Below the pieces are notes generated by a model. The model saw only the letters and a list, made by a program, of their open reading frames with translations. It did not search any database and had not been told where the DNA came from. This document shows, one piece after another, positions 7,204-17,013 of a stretch of DNA of 64,000 nt; position 1 is the first letter of the stretch; each line of letters opens with the position of its first letter. Location: assembly GCA_944383785.1 (NCBI GenBank), contig CALWQV010000002.1:25721-89720 (forward strand), in the 5' to 3' direction. The position numbers and the translations under genes were made by a program. This DNA is from an uncultured Enterocloster sp. Its GTDB lineage: Bacteria > Bacillota > Clostridia > Lachnospirales > Lachnospiraceae.

Positions 7204-8895
7204 ATGAAAAAGAAACTCAGCTTGCGGCTGGCCGCGGGCCTGATGTGCGCCGCTATGCTTGCCGGCTGCTCAGGCGGCTCCAGCAGCGAAACCACCCCCC
7301 AGACCATCGGCGAGCCCACCAGCGAGGCCCCGTCAGAGTCCGAGACCGCCCAGGCCACAGAGCCCACAGGAGCACAGGAGCTGACCTTTGTGCTGAACAA
7401 TGAGCCGGACAGCCTGGATCCTTCCTACACCAACAACTCCTTTGCCTCTCCCTTCCTGACCAATCTTTTCGAGGGACTGGTAACCTACGACGAGAACGGC
7501 GAGCTTGCTCCCGGAAACGCTGAAACCTGGGAGTCCAACGATGACATGACCGTATGGACCTTCCATTTAAGAGAGGGATTAAAGTGGAGCGACGGAACGC
7601 CCTTAACCGCTCAGGATTATGTGTATTCCGCCCTTCACGTTATGACTCCCGCCACCACCTCCCAGTACGTCAATATGATGACGGACTACATCTTAAACGG
7701 CCAGGAGTATTATGACGGAACCGCTTCCGCCGAGGAGGTAGGCGTTAAGGCTCTGGACGACAATACTGTGGAGTACACCTTAAAGCAGACCACTCCCTAC
7801 TTTGACGACGTTACCAGCATGTGGGTTTACGCCCCGGTACAGCAGGCTACGGTAGACGCCAACGGCGATACCTGGTCCACCAAGGCGGACACTTATGTGT
7901 GCAACGGCCCCTTCAAGGTATCTGAGATCAACATGGGCGAGAGCGTTGTCCTGACCAAGAACGAGAATTACTGGGATGCGGCCAATGTAAGCCTGGAAAA
8001 GCTGACCTTCCGCTACATCCTGGATCTGTCCACCGCCCTGACCGCCTATGAGAGCGACCAGGTAGACGGCGTGAGAAATATCCCCGCAGGCGATATTGCC
8101 CGCCTGAAAGCGGAGAACGCCGGAACCCACACCATCAATGTGTATGGAACCGTATACTACACCTTCAACTGCGAGAAGGAGCCTTACAACAATCCGCTGG
8201 TGCGCAAGGCATTGAACCTGGCTATTGACCGTGAGTCCATCATCAACAACGTAGCCCAGCTGGACGCTCAGCCTGCCTACAGCATCCTGGCTCCCGGATA
8301 CGTTTTGGACGGAAAGGATATTTTAGAGGGACGTTCTACCTTTGAGATGTCTCCCAACGCAGACGTAGAGGCCGCCAAAGCCGCTCTGGCCGAGGCCGGA
8401 TATCCCGACGGAGAGGGCTTCCCCACCATACAGCTTTCCTTCTACTCCGACGATACGGTTAAGAAGGTAGCCGAGGCGATTCAGGAAATGTGGCAGAACA
8501 ACCTTGGCATCACCGTAGAGGTAACTTCCGCCGACTGGGCCGTATTCTATGACGGCGTACAGCACGGCAACTACGAGGTAGCCGCTATGGGCTGGAGCGC
8601 GGACTACGTAAACCCCATGAGCTTTTTGCCTCTTCTGGTAACCGGGGACGTCACCAACAACTCCTTCTACAGCAATCCGGAGTACGATGCCCTGGTTGAG
8701 CAGATTAAGGTGGAGAAGGATCCCGCTACATTTGCCCAGCTGGTAAAGGAAGCCGACGAGCTGGTATCCTCCGATTATCCGGTCATGCCTCTGTACTACA
8801 AAGCAGATACCTATCTGTTAAAGGATTATGTAAGCGGCGTTTACACCGATTCCTCCACTCATATTTACTTTAAGCACGCGGTTGTAAACAAATAA
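7204..8895 (+). CDS. Peptide ABC substrate-binding lipoprotein (family 5, OppA type)
   Basis: Lipobox LAGCSG, Ser/Thr/Glu-rich linker, SBP_bac_5-like body. GGAGGAG RBS. Confidence 0.9.
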   Translation: MKKKLSLRLAAGLMCAAMLAGCSGGSSSETTPQTIGEPTSEAPSESETAQATEPTGAQELTFVLNNEPDSLDPSYTNNSFASPFLTNLFEGLVTYDENGELAPGNAETWESNDDMTVWTFHLREGLKWSDGTPLTAQDYVYSALHVMTPATTSQYVNMMTDYILNGQEYYDGTASAEEVGVKALDDNTVEYTLKQTTPYFDDVTSMWVYAPVQQATVDANGDTWSTKADTYVCNGPFKVSEINMGESVVLTKNENYWDAANVSLEKLTFRYILDLSTALTAYESDQVDGVRNIPAGDIARLKAENAGTHTINVYGTVYYTFNCEKEPYNNPLVRKALNLAIDRESIINNVAQLDAQPAYSILAPGYVLDGKDILEGRSTFEMSPNADVEAAKAALAEAGYPDGEGFPTIQLSFYSDDTVKKVAEAIQEMWQNNLGITVEVTSADWAVFYDGVQHGNYEVAAMGWSADYVNPMSFLPLLVTGDVTNNSFYSNPEYDALVEQIKVEKDPATFAQLVKEADELVSSDYPVMPLYYKADTYLLKDYVSGVYTDSSTHIYFKHAVVNK

Positions 8896-8917
8896 GACAG
8901 GCGGGGGAACTGTTTCC

Positions 8918-9406
8918 ATGAAATGCATCATTACCACCGAGGGCTTCGGGGATATGGTCTTTGACCTGTTCCCCGAAACCGCCCCCATTACAACTGAGAA
9001 TTTCGTGAAAACCGCGGAAAGCGGCTTCTACGATGGGCTGGCCTGGTGCCGGATCGTGAAGGACTACGTGATCCAGGCCGGTTCCCCGGACAATGACATC
9101 ATGACGGATAGCGACTGGCACATCAAAGGGGAATTTGCCCAGAATGGAATCGAAAATCCTATCCCCCACAAGCGGGGGGCCCTGTCCATGGCAAGAGACG
9201 ACGGCTTCGATACCGCCGGAACCCAGTTTTTTGTGGTCCATCAGGACGCCCACAAGCTGGACGGCCGGTACGCCGCCTTCGGCCAGCTGACGGAAGGGTT
9301 TGAGGTCTTAGACCAGATCGCGGCCCTGCATACCTATGGGCCGGAGAGCTGGAATAAGCCGGTGAAGCTGCCGGTGATGAGCCGGGTGAAGATTGTAAGA
9401 GAATAG
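8918..9406 (+). CDS. Cyclophilin-type peptidyl-prolyl cis-trans isomerase
   Basis: Motifs FPETAPITTENF, FYDGLAWCRI, GALSMAR, GTQFFV. Confidence 0.9.
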   Translation: MKCIITTEGFGDMVFDLFPETAPITTENFVKTAESGFYDGLAWCRIVKDYVIQAGSPDNDIMTDSDWHIKGEFAQNGIENPIPHKRGALSMARDDGFDTAGTQFFVVHQDAHKLDGRYAAFGQLTEGFEVLDQIAALHTYGPESWNKPVKLPVMSRVKIVRE

Positions 9407-9422
9407 CGAAATCAATCGGAAA

Positions 9423-9451
9423 AGGAGGCGCTGAGGCGCCTCCTGATTTTT
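9423..9451. terminator. Intrinsic terminator after the cyclophilin gene
   Basis: AGGAGGCGC (9423-9431) / GCGCCTCCT (9436-9444), then GATTTTT. Confidence 0.7.
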
Positions 9452-10401
9452 ATACTTCCTCCCCATCCATCGGGCCGAACTTAGATGTTACAAATGCTTC
9501 TAAGCGCTCCACCCGCTCTTGCAGCTGTCTATTCTCATCCGTCAGCTGTTCGATCATCTCGTCCTTCTTCTTAATGGCCTTCCCCTGCTGTCCGATCGTC
9601 TCCCCTTGCTTCTTAATCGTCTCTCCCTGCTGTCCGATCGTCTCCCCCTGCTTCTTAATCGTCTCCCTCTGCTGCTCATTCTCATCTGTCAGCTGCTCGA
9701 CCATATACTTCGTCGTATTGGCGTCCATGATTTTTAAAGCATCTGAAAACATATTCATCAACTCCTCCATCTGATACCGGAACCGGAATACCTGACAGTA
9801 AATCTCTCCAAATTCCGGGTATGCGCGGATCACCTCTCGAATCCGCTCCATCTCATCGGAGGCGATCAGCGTCAGCCACGCATCTAACTTCTTATCTATA
9901 TTTTGATGTTTTTTCAGAAAGATGTCAAGTGGTATCAGCAGGTACTCCTGCACCAGATCCAGCTTGAGTCCCGTGTTGAACTGCTGCTTCGCGTAATGCA
10001 GGTATTCCTCAGGATATTGTTGGAACTCACGGGGACTGTGCTGGAACAGCACGATTGTATAAACCTTGCAGATCTGCTGATAGGAAAAGGGCTTATTCTC
10101 CTCCCTGCATTTGGAGCGCACCTGAGAATACTGGCGCATCACCAGGTCGCTGGAGTAGCAGGCGCAGCGCTGCCCAGGGATCATAGGTCAGGTTAAGCCC
10201 ACAGGTTCCCATGCAGAAATCCATAAATTCCTTTTTCAGCTGCGGCGACAGCCTCGCATACCTGGCGTACATCCCCGGCGTTTCCCGAATCATCTGCATG
10301 ACCTCCTGCCTGGTCAGCTTCTGTCCAAAAATCTGTTCCGTTGTCAATTTACCTCTCGTCATAAAATACCTCCTACTTAATCGATCATCAAAATGGAGCA
10401 A
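9450..10401 (-). pseudogene. PD-(D/E)XK nuclease family (PDDEXK_2 / Rpn-like) putative transposase with internal deletion and frameshift
   Basis: Two overlapping ORFs, 10093-10401 and 9450-10184. The N-terminal part ends at ..LNLTYDP. The next frame resumes at PGQRCACYSSDLVMRQY. In my recollection of intact homologues these blocks are about 95 aa apart and flank the nuclease core. The junction is at about 10176-10188. Confidence 0.65.
9567..9674. repeat. 42-nt tandem repeat (about 2.6 copies) inside the coding sequence
   Basis: Units start at 9567, 9609 and 9651. They encode ETIKKQGETIGQQG repeats in the C-terminal coiled region of the Rpn-like ORF. Confidence 0.8.
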
Positions 10402-10581
10402 TTACGGCGAAACGCCGGACTGAAATAATACAGAAATGTATCAAGAAATTTCAGACACATTGAGTATAGCATGGGCACAGAAAAAAAATCAAGGTGTCTT
10501 CTATATGAAAAACTGAAAAGCGGCCGCCGCCAGGTTCAGGACATTACCCTTTTCCCACATCAGCCGACTAACCCGGCGGAT

Positions 10582-11418
10582 TTACCGCCGAATCAACCCT
10601 CCATAAGCCTCCCGCAGCTTCTGAAGCTTCTTCGCCTTCTCAAGACCTCCCCCCAGTGCCTGACTGGTCTTCATAATCAGAAGATCCAAAAGCAGCACAG
10701 GAGCCGCTACCGAATGGTAATCGTTGGGCTCTCCCCGGCAGGTATAGAGCAGCAGATCCGCCTGGGAAAGCTGCTCCCCTGTTAAAAGATCCGTAAAGAG
10801 GATGGTCTGGTATCCCGCCTCCTTCTCATAAGCCAGAAGCACCTGAACCTCCGTCAGCAGCCTGGAATAGCCAAACAGCAGCACAAGATCCCCTTCGGTC
10901 AAGTTCACCATGGCATCGTAGAGCTGAGATCCCCCCGGAAGCGGAATCAGGCGGATTCCCAGCCGCAGCAGGCGGTACTCCAGAATCCGCCCCAGCCCCG
11001 CCGACACATCCGGCGCAAAGCAGTAAACCCGCTTCGCCCCTGCCATCATCTTTACCGCCTGGTCCAGCTGCTCCGGGCTGACTACTTGAAAGGTCCTCTC
11101 AATCTGTGAGGTAAACCGTTCTAATAGCACTTCCGGCGAAATTCCGCTTTCCTTCCACAAATTTAAGGCCGCGTTCATCCGGCTGTAAGGGGTGGCTTCC
11201 TGTCTCCGGTACAATTCCTGCTTCAATTCTTTCAAATTTTTAAAACCAATCTTCGTCCAGAAGCGGGAGATGGTAGCCGTACTGATACCAAGCCGCTCTG
11301 ACAAGTCCCCGGCGGTAACTGCCTGAATCTCCCTTTCATGCTCCATCAAATATCCTAAAATCTTGTGATCCGATTTGGAAAGTCCCTCTTTACATTGCTC
11401 ATATATTTTCTCCAGCAT
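10582..11418 (-). CDS. MurR/RpiR family transcriptional regulator (HTH_6 + SIS domain)
   Basis: LSERLGISTATISRFWTKIGFKNLKELK HTH followed by a SIS-like C-terminal domain. ATG at 11418 is preceded by AGGAGG (the track start at 11469 is further upstream). Confidence 0.85.
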   Translation of the reverse strand: MLEKIYEQCKEGLSKSDHKILGYLMEHEREIQAVTAGDLSERLGISTATISRFWTKIGFKNLKELKQELYRRQEATPYSRMNAALNLWKESGISPEVLLERFTSQIERTFQVVSPEQLDQAVKMMAGAKRVYCFAPDVSAGLGRILEYRLLRLGIRLIPLPGGSQLYDAMVNLTEGDLVLLFGYSRLLTEVQVLLAYEKEAGYQTILFTDLLTGEQLSQADLLLYTCRGEPNDYHSVAAPVLLLDLLIMKTSQALGGGLEKAKKLQKLREAYGGLIRR

Positions 11419-11586
11419 CTTCTTTCCTCCTGGTATAAATCTGTTTTCAGTATAGGCATATTTTTTCAAAAATGCAATTAAAATTTCAGTTAATTATGAA
11501 TGAAATTTTTTTACTCATTTTTTACAGTTCCATGGTAGGAACCTTTACAAACAGCTTGCTATAATAGCCTCATCAATCAACGGGAA

Positions 11587-12390
11587 GTGATACAAATGGC
11601 TGCGATTTATTTAAGCTCAACCCTCCTGTGGAACAGCTCCTTAGAAGAGATCTTCCACCTGGCCTACCAGTCCGGACTAGACGGAATGGAACTGTGGGCC
11701 CAGCATTTTTTCAGCTGCGGATATAAAGAAGAGGAATTTCAAAAGCTATCGGCCCTCTATCCGCTAAAAAGCTGTGTCCACAGCCAAAGCTGGGATCTAA
11801 ACCTGGCCTCCATGAACGAAGGCATCCGCGCTCAGTCTGTAACGGAAGTAAAAAAATCTATCGGCTTGGCTTACCGCCTGGGCCTAAATGAGGTTACGGT
11901 CCATCCCGGACACCAGACCATACCAGGAGCCGCTGCGCCTTATGAGGCCTATTTAAAGGAATCTCTGAAAGAAATCCTGGACTGCGCCCAAAAGCTGGGA
12001 GTGGATATATCCCTGGAAATCATGGAGAAAATTCCAAAGGAATTTGTCACCTCTATGAACGCCATGAAACAGGTCTGCGGAGAGCTTTTCAGCAGCTTTG
12101 TCTACACCCTGGATCTAGCCCATTGCGACAGCGCCGGCGAAGCCCTTGATACCCTGAAGGACTACAGCCGCAATATTTCCAAAATACATATCAGCAACCG
12201 CAAAGGAAATCAGCTTCATACGCCTTTATATGAAGGCGATTATGATATGGAAACGCTTCTCCCCCTGCTGGCCTCCTACGGCCTGCCAATGGTCATAGAA
12301 GGCTTTGACAGCCGGGAAGACGCTTCCACCGCAAAACAGAATATTCATTTCATTCAAACTATTTTTCAAAACGGAGGAAAACAATCATGA
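11587..12390 (+). CDS. Sugar phosphate isomerase/epimerase (xylose isomerase-like TIM barrel, AP_endonuc_2)
   Basis: Length and pattern (GLDGMELW, VTVHPG, LEIMEK, HISN) fit the family. Divergent from the RpiR gene. An alternative ATG lies at 11596. Confidence 0.7.
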   Translation: MIQMAAIYLSSTLLWNSSLEEIFHLAYQSGLDGMELWAQHFFSCGYKEEEFQKLSALYPLKSCVHSQSWDLNLASMNEGIRAQSVTEVKKSIGLAYRLGLNEVTVHPGHQTIPGAAAPYEAYLKESLKEILDCAQKLGVDISLEIMEKIPKEFVTSMNAMKQVCGELFSSFVYTLDLAHCDSAGEALDTLKDYSRNISKIHISNRKGNQLHTPLYEGDYDMETLLPLLASYGLPMVIEGFDSREDASTAKQNIHFIQTIFQNGGKQS

Positions 12391-13487
12391 AAAAGAAACT
12401 TGCAGTTATTGTAGCAGCAGGACTGGCCGCCGCCGCTCTGGCCGGATGTCAGGGAAACGCTTCTGAGGCCACCACCGCTGCGGAAAGCTCCAGCCAGGCT
12501 CCCGCCGAGGGCTCTGAGGAGACTTCAGAAGGGGAAAGCACAGAGGCAGCTTCCGAAGAGGCTTCCCAGGATCTGTCCGGCGCCATCACCCTTTACACCT
12601 CCCAGCCGGAAGAGGATATCCAGGCGATGATCGACGGCTTCAATGAGAAATGGCCGGAGATCCAGGTGGACGTATTCCGCTCCGGCACTGAGGAAGTGGT
12701 CAGCAAGGTTCTGGCGGAGCAGCAGGCCGGTTCCGTTCTGGCGGACGTCCTTTTAGTAGCCGACAATGTAACCTTTGAAACCTTAAAGGAGCAGGATCTT
12801 CTGATGGCTTACGAGTCCCCTGAGCTTGAGGGAATCCCGGAAACCTACATCGACAAGGATCACATGTACACCGGAACCAAGGTCATCACCACCGGAATCG
12901 CCTACAACACGGAGCTGGTCCAGAACGCTCCCGCGAGCTTCGCCGACCTGACAAAGGCCGATTACAAGGACAATCTGATTATGCCCAGCCCCCTATACTC
13001 CGGAGCCGCCGCCTACAACCTGGGCGTTATCACCAGAACCGAGGGCATGGGATGGGAGTATTACCAGGCCTTAAAGGATAACGGAATCACCGTAGACAAA
13101 GGAAACGGCGCTGTCCAGAACGCCATCGTAGCCGGCGAGAAAGCCTGCGGCCTTCTGGCGGACTACATGGCCATCCGCTCCAAAAACGACGGAGCTCCCG
13201 TAGAATTTGTTTACCCCTCCGAAGGCTCCCCGGCCGTAACCGAGCCCATCGGCATTGTAAGCGGAACGGAAAATGAAGCTCTGGCCAAGGCGTTTGTAGA
13301 CTTTGTCCTTTCCGAGGAGGGTCAGACCCTAACCTCTGAAATCGGCTATACCCCTGTTAAGAGCGGCGTAGTGGTTCCCGAGGGATTAAAGAGCATTGAC
13401 GAATTTACACCTTTAACTTGGGATACTGAGGAGCTGTACCAGAACCGCGAGGCAGACAAGGAACAGTTCAGCGAAATGTTCCAGTAA
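12387..13487 (+). CDS. ABC transporter substrate-binding lipoprotein, FbpA/AfuA (iron(III)/phosphosugar/polyamine-like) type
   Basis: Lipobox LAGCQG, acidic linker, then ITLYTSQPEE...DVFRSGTEEV...ADVLLVAD, typical of SBP_bac_6/8 proteins. Confidence 0.8.
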   Translation: MKKKLAVIVAAGLAAAALAGCQGNASEATTAAESSSQAPAEGSEETSEGESTEAASEEASQDLSGAITLYTSQPEEDIQAMIDGFNEKWPEIQVDVFRSGTEEVVSKVLAEQQAGSVLADVLLVADNVTFETLKEQDLLMAYESPELEGIPETYIDKDHMYTGTKVITTGIAYNTELVQNAPASFADLTKADYKDNLIMPSPLYSGAAAYNLGVITRTEGMGWEYYQALKDNGITVDKGNGAVQNAIVAGEKACGLLADYMAIRSKNDGAPVEFVYPSEGSPAVTEPIGIVSGTENEALAKAFVDFVLSEEGQTLTSEIGYTPVKSGVVVPEGLKSIDEFTPLTWDTEELYQNREADKEQFSEMFQ

Positions 13488-13502
13488 TCACAGGAGGCTG
13501 AC

Positions 13503-15251
13503 ATGGAAATGACACGCAAGGCAGGGGCGGCCATCGCCCAGACGGCCCTGTATCTTCTGGCCGCCCTGATGTTTTTGCTCCCTCTGGCCCGTCTCCTTCT
13601 CATGGGATTCTCCCTGGAGGATGGCGGATACGGCCTGGGAAACTTCACAGCCCTTTTGGCTGAGGAGCGCACCCGGGAAGCAATCATCAACACCATCATC
13701 ATTGCCGTAGCTTCCACTGTCCTGGCCGCCGTTATAGGCAGCGGGCTGGCCTTTTTAACGGCCTACAGCAATGTAAAACGCAAAGGGCTGATTGAATTTC
13801 TAGTTCTGCTGCCCTTTATCATCCCCTCTTATATTATCACTCTTTCCTGGAGCAGCTTTTTAAGCTCCAGGGGAGCGTTTAATCAGTTTCTTACCTCCCT
13901 GGGCCTTCCGGCTGTAGACATCTATACCATGGGCGGCATTATCCTGGTGCTGGGATTCTGCAACATTCCCATCGTATATGTGAATGTAGTCCACATGCTG
14001 CGCAAAATCCCCCGGGATATGGAGTGGGCCGCCAGAGCCTGCGGATACTCCCAGCGCCAGGCTATGATAAAGATCAATCTGGTTTCCGCCGCTCCCGCCA
14101 TCGCCGCAGGAAGCGTACTGGCTTTCCTCTCCGCTATCGACAACTTTTCCGTGCCGGCTTTCCTGGGAATCTCTTCCGGAATCCCGGTGCTCAGCACCTA
14201 TATCTATGAAAACGCCATTGGATTCGGCCCCAACGCCTTTCCGCTGGCAGCGGCATTGTCCATGATCCTCTCCCTGATCGCGGTGGCCGGAACCTTGCTG
14301 GAAGGTTTCTTTGTCAAAAGAGGCGCGTCCTTAGACAGCATCAAGGAGGACTACTCCGTGCGGGTTTATTTTAAGAAATCCCTTCGGATTGTGCTGGAAT
14401 GGGGAACCTTAGCCCTGCTTCTGGTTCTCAATATTATCCCCATGGTCTCCATGGTGGCCTCCTCCTTCTTAAAATCCTATGGACTGGACTTTGTTCCGAA
14501 AAATATGACCTTAAAGAACTTCGCCTTTGTGTTCCACAACCGGGGCGTTGTAAGCGCCATCCGCACCAGCCTGATCCTGGCGGCGGTTACCACCATCGTC
14601 TGTATTGTGGCCGGAACCGCCATCGCCTACGCCAAGCTGAGAAGGAAAAGCCGCGCTGCAGCCATCCTGGAAAAATGCGCCTCCTTAACCTACGCCATCC
14701 CCGGAATCGTCCTGGCCCTGTCCATGATTTTCCACTGGGTAGAGCCCATTCCCGGATTCAAGCCCGGCATTTATGGCACCATCAATATCCTGATCGTCGC
14801 CTATATTACCCGGTATCTGGTTCTCCAGATCAAGGGCAGCACCACCGCCCTTCTGACGGTAGACCCTGCTATGGAGGAAGCCTGCGCGGCCTCGGGAAGA
14901 GGCTTCTTTGCCCGCTGGTTTAAGATTCTCCTTCCCCTCTTAACGGGCCCCATTCTGTCCGGAGCATTTATGATCTTTGTTCCGTCCTTAACGGAGCTGA
15001 CTCTGTCCTCTATGCTGGCTTCCGCAGGGACAAAAACCATCGGGCTGACCATTTTCAATTACCAGCAGGGCGGTGACTACAACCTGGCGGCGGCTATGTC
15101 CGTTCTGGTAACCATTCTGGTGGTGGCCGGATACTGCCTGGTCAACCGCAAAAAATTAACATCTTCACAAAGGGAGGTAACGGGCTATGAGCCTACATAT
15201 ACAGCAGGTAACAAAAAGCTTCAACAAAACCCAGGCCCTCAAGGAAATTAA
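13503..15251 (+). CDS. Fused two-domain ABC permease (FbpB/AfuB/ThiP type)
   Basis: 582 aa with two BPD_transp_1-like halves. The 3' end overlaps the ATPase gene by 65 nt after an A6 run at about 15150, so the last 29 aa or so may be a read-through extension. Confidence 0.85.
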   Translation: MEMTRKAGAAIAQTALYLLAALMFLLPLARLLLMGFSLEDGGYGLGNFTALLAEERTREAIINTIIIAVASTVLAAVIGSGLAFLTAYSNVKRKGLIEFLVLLPFIIPSYIITLSWSSFLSSRGAFNQFLTSLGLPAVDIYTMGGIILVLGFCNIPIVYVNVVHMLRKIPRDMEWAARACGYSQRQAMIKINLVSAAPAIAAGSVLAFLSAIDNFSVPAFLGISSGIPVLSTYIYENAIGFGPNAFPLAAALSMILSLIAVAGTLLEGFFVKRGASLDSIKEDYSVRVYFKKSLRIVLEWGTLALLLVLNIIPMVSMVASSFLKSYGLDFVPKNMTLKNFAFVFHNRGVVSAIRTSLILAAVTTIVCIVAGTAIAYAKLRRKSRAAAILEKCASLTYAIPGIVLALSMIFHWVEPIPGFKPGIYGTINILIVAYITRYLVLQIKGSTTALLTVDPAMEEACAASGRGFFARWFKILLPLLTGPILSGAFMIFVPSLTELTLSSMLASAGTKTIGLTIFNYQQGGDYNLAAAMSVLVTILVVAGYCLVNRKKLTSSQREVTGYEPTYTAGNKKLQQNPGPQGN

Positions 15252-16215
15252 CCTGGAAATCAAGGATTCCGAGTTTATCGCCATCCTGGGCCCCTCCGGC
15301 TGCGGCAAAACCACTCTGCTGCGGATCGTAGGCGGCTTCATCGAACCTACAAGCGGCATAGTCCGCTTAAACGATCAGATTTATTCTGGGAACGGCCATA
15401 TGGTTCCCGTGGAGCAGCGGGATCTGGGCATGGTCTTCCAGTCCTTCGCCCTCTGGCCCCACATGACGGTGCGCCAGCATGTGGAATTTCCCTTAAAAAG
15501 CCCCAGACATAAAGCCATGAGCCCCGAAGAGAAGGTCCTGGCCGTAGACCAGGCCATCAGCTGCACCGGCTTAAAGCCCTATGAGAACCGCCTGCCCGGC
15601 GAGCTGTCCGGAGGTCAGCGCCAGCGAGTCGCCCTGGCAAGGGCGATTGTAGGAAAGCCCTCTATCCTGCTGATGGACGAGCCTTTAAGCGCCCTGGACG
15701 CGGAGCTAAAAATCGAGATGCGCCGGGAGATTCAGAACATCCACAAGCTCACCGGCGCCACCATTCTCTATGTCACCCACGACCAGAGCGAGGCCCTGGC
15801 TATGGCGGACCGTATCATCATCATGAAGGACGGGGCTGTGGAGCAGGTGGGAACTCCCAGGGAGATCTATATGGATCCCCAGACCGTGTTCGCCGCCACT
15901 TTCGTCAGCCGCTGTAACCTGCTAAAAGGCGCATGGAACGGCGACTCTTTCCGGGTTGACCAGGAAAACATCCTGCTGCGCAATCCCATGATCCCGCCGG
16001 AATTCCGCTCCAAGGGCCTTTACCCGGTGCGGCCGGAACAGCTGTCCATTCATCCGGAAGGCGAGGGAATCCCCGGCGTCATCGCCAACAAGCAGTATAA
16101 TGGCCGGGAAATCCACTACTCCATCCAGTACCACGATGAAATTCTCACCGTTTACGCAGGATGTCAGACGGAATATAATCCCGGCGACCATATCTCTCTT
16201 ACATTAAGCGCATAA
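15187..16215 (+). CDS. ABC transporter ATP-binding protein (FbpC/PotA/MalK-like with C-terminal TOBE-like domain)
   Basis: Walker A GPSGCGKTT, LSGGQRQR, LLMDEPLSALD. AGGGAGG RBS before the ATG at 15187. Confidence 0.9.
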   Translation: MSLHIQQVTKSFNKTQALKEINLEIKDSEFIAILGPSGCGKTTLLRIVGGFIEPTSGIVRLNDQIYSGNGHMVPVEQRDLGMVFQSFALWPHMTVRQHVEFPLKSPRHKAMSPEEKVLAVDQAISCTGLKPYENRLPGELSGGQRQRVALARAIVGKPSILLMDEPLSALDAELKIEMRREIQNIHKLTGATILYVTHDQSEALAMADRIIIMKDGAVEQVGTPREIYMDPQTVFAATFVSRCNLLKGAWNGDSFRVDQENILLRNPMIPPEFRSKGLYPVRPEQLSIHPEGEGIPGVIANKQYNGREIHYSIQYHDEILTVYAGCQTEYNPGDHISLTLSA

Positions 16216-16229
16216 GCGAGGGACAAAAC

Positions 16230-16940
16230 ATGAAGATTTATTTTGACCTGCACACCCACACCACCGCCAGCGGACACGCCTTCAGCACCTTTAAGGAAAA
16301 CCTGGAGGAAGCCGCCTCCAAGGGTTTGAGCGCCCTGGGCATGTCGGATCACGCTCCGGCTATGCCCGGCTCCGCCCAGGCCATCTACTTTACCAACTTC
16401 AAATGCTTCCGGCCTGAGGTTATGGGGGTGCGCATCTATACCGGCGTGGAAGCGAACATCATGGATTTTAAGGGGAATCTGGATCTGGACGAGGCGGTAT
16501 TACAGAAGATGGATTATGTCATCGCCAGCCTGCATATGCCCTGTATCAAACCGGGAACCCCAAAGGAGAATACGGACGCCCTGATTGGGGCCATGGAGAA
16601 TCCTTACGTGAAGATCATCGGCCACCCGGACGACGACCGCTACCCCCTGGAGTATGAGCGGCTGATTCCCGCCGCCTTAAAGCACAGGGTAGCCCTGGAG
16701 GTCAATAACTCCTCCTTCAACCCCCGCTCCGGCCGCCAGAACGCCGGGAAAAATGTGATGAAATGGCTGTCCATTGCCAAGGAATACCGCCTGCCGGTGA
16801 TTCTGGGAAGCGACGCCCATATTTACTATGATGTGGGAGATATGACGGAAGCGGTGAAAATGCTAAAAGCGGCCGGGTATCCCCCGGAGCTGGTGCTGAA
16901 CGCCAGAGAAGATGGAGTTCAATACGTATTGAACCGATGA
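16230..16940 (+). CDS. PHP-domain phosphatase (YcdX-like)
   Basis: N-terminal DLHTHTTASGHA and later SDHAP, GHPDD, GSDAH metal-binding motifs. Confidence 0.8.
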   Translation: MKIYFDLHTHTTASGHAFSTFKENLEEAASKGLSALGMSDHAPAMPGSAQAIYFTNFKCFRPEVMGVRIYTGVEANIMDFKGNLDLDEAVLQKMDYVIASLHMPCIKPGTPKENTDALIGAMENPYVKIIGHPDDDRYPLEYERLIPAALKHRVALEVNNSSFNPRSGRQNAGKNVMKWLSIAKEYRLPVILGSDAHIYYDVGDMTEAVKMLKAAGYPPELVLNAREDGVQYVLNR

Positions 16941-17013
16941 AGGAAAGGGACAGTTGCCCTTTGGGCGAAAACAGAGTAAAATAATCTCATCCAACAAGAA
17001 TGAGAGAGAGATT

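Noticed and set aside
9567-9674. Regular 42-nt tandem repeat, checked as a possible CRISPR-like array.
   Set aside because: There are no unique spacers. The units are contiguous, in frame and encode a peptide repeat inside an ORF, and no cas genes are in the window.
15150-15251. A 65-nt overlap between the fused permease and the ATPase gene, considered as a possible programmed frameshift or gene fusion.
   Set aside because: One fewer A in the A6 run (CGC AAA AAA TTA) would give CGC AAA AAT TAA, a stop at the expected permease end. This is most simply a homopolymer-length difference or a benign tail extension. The ATPase has its own strong RBS.
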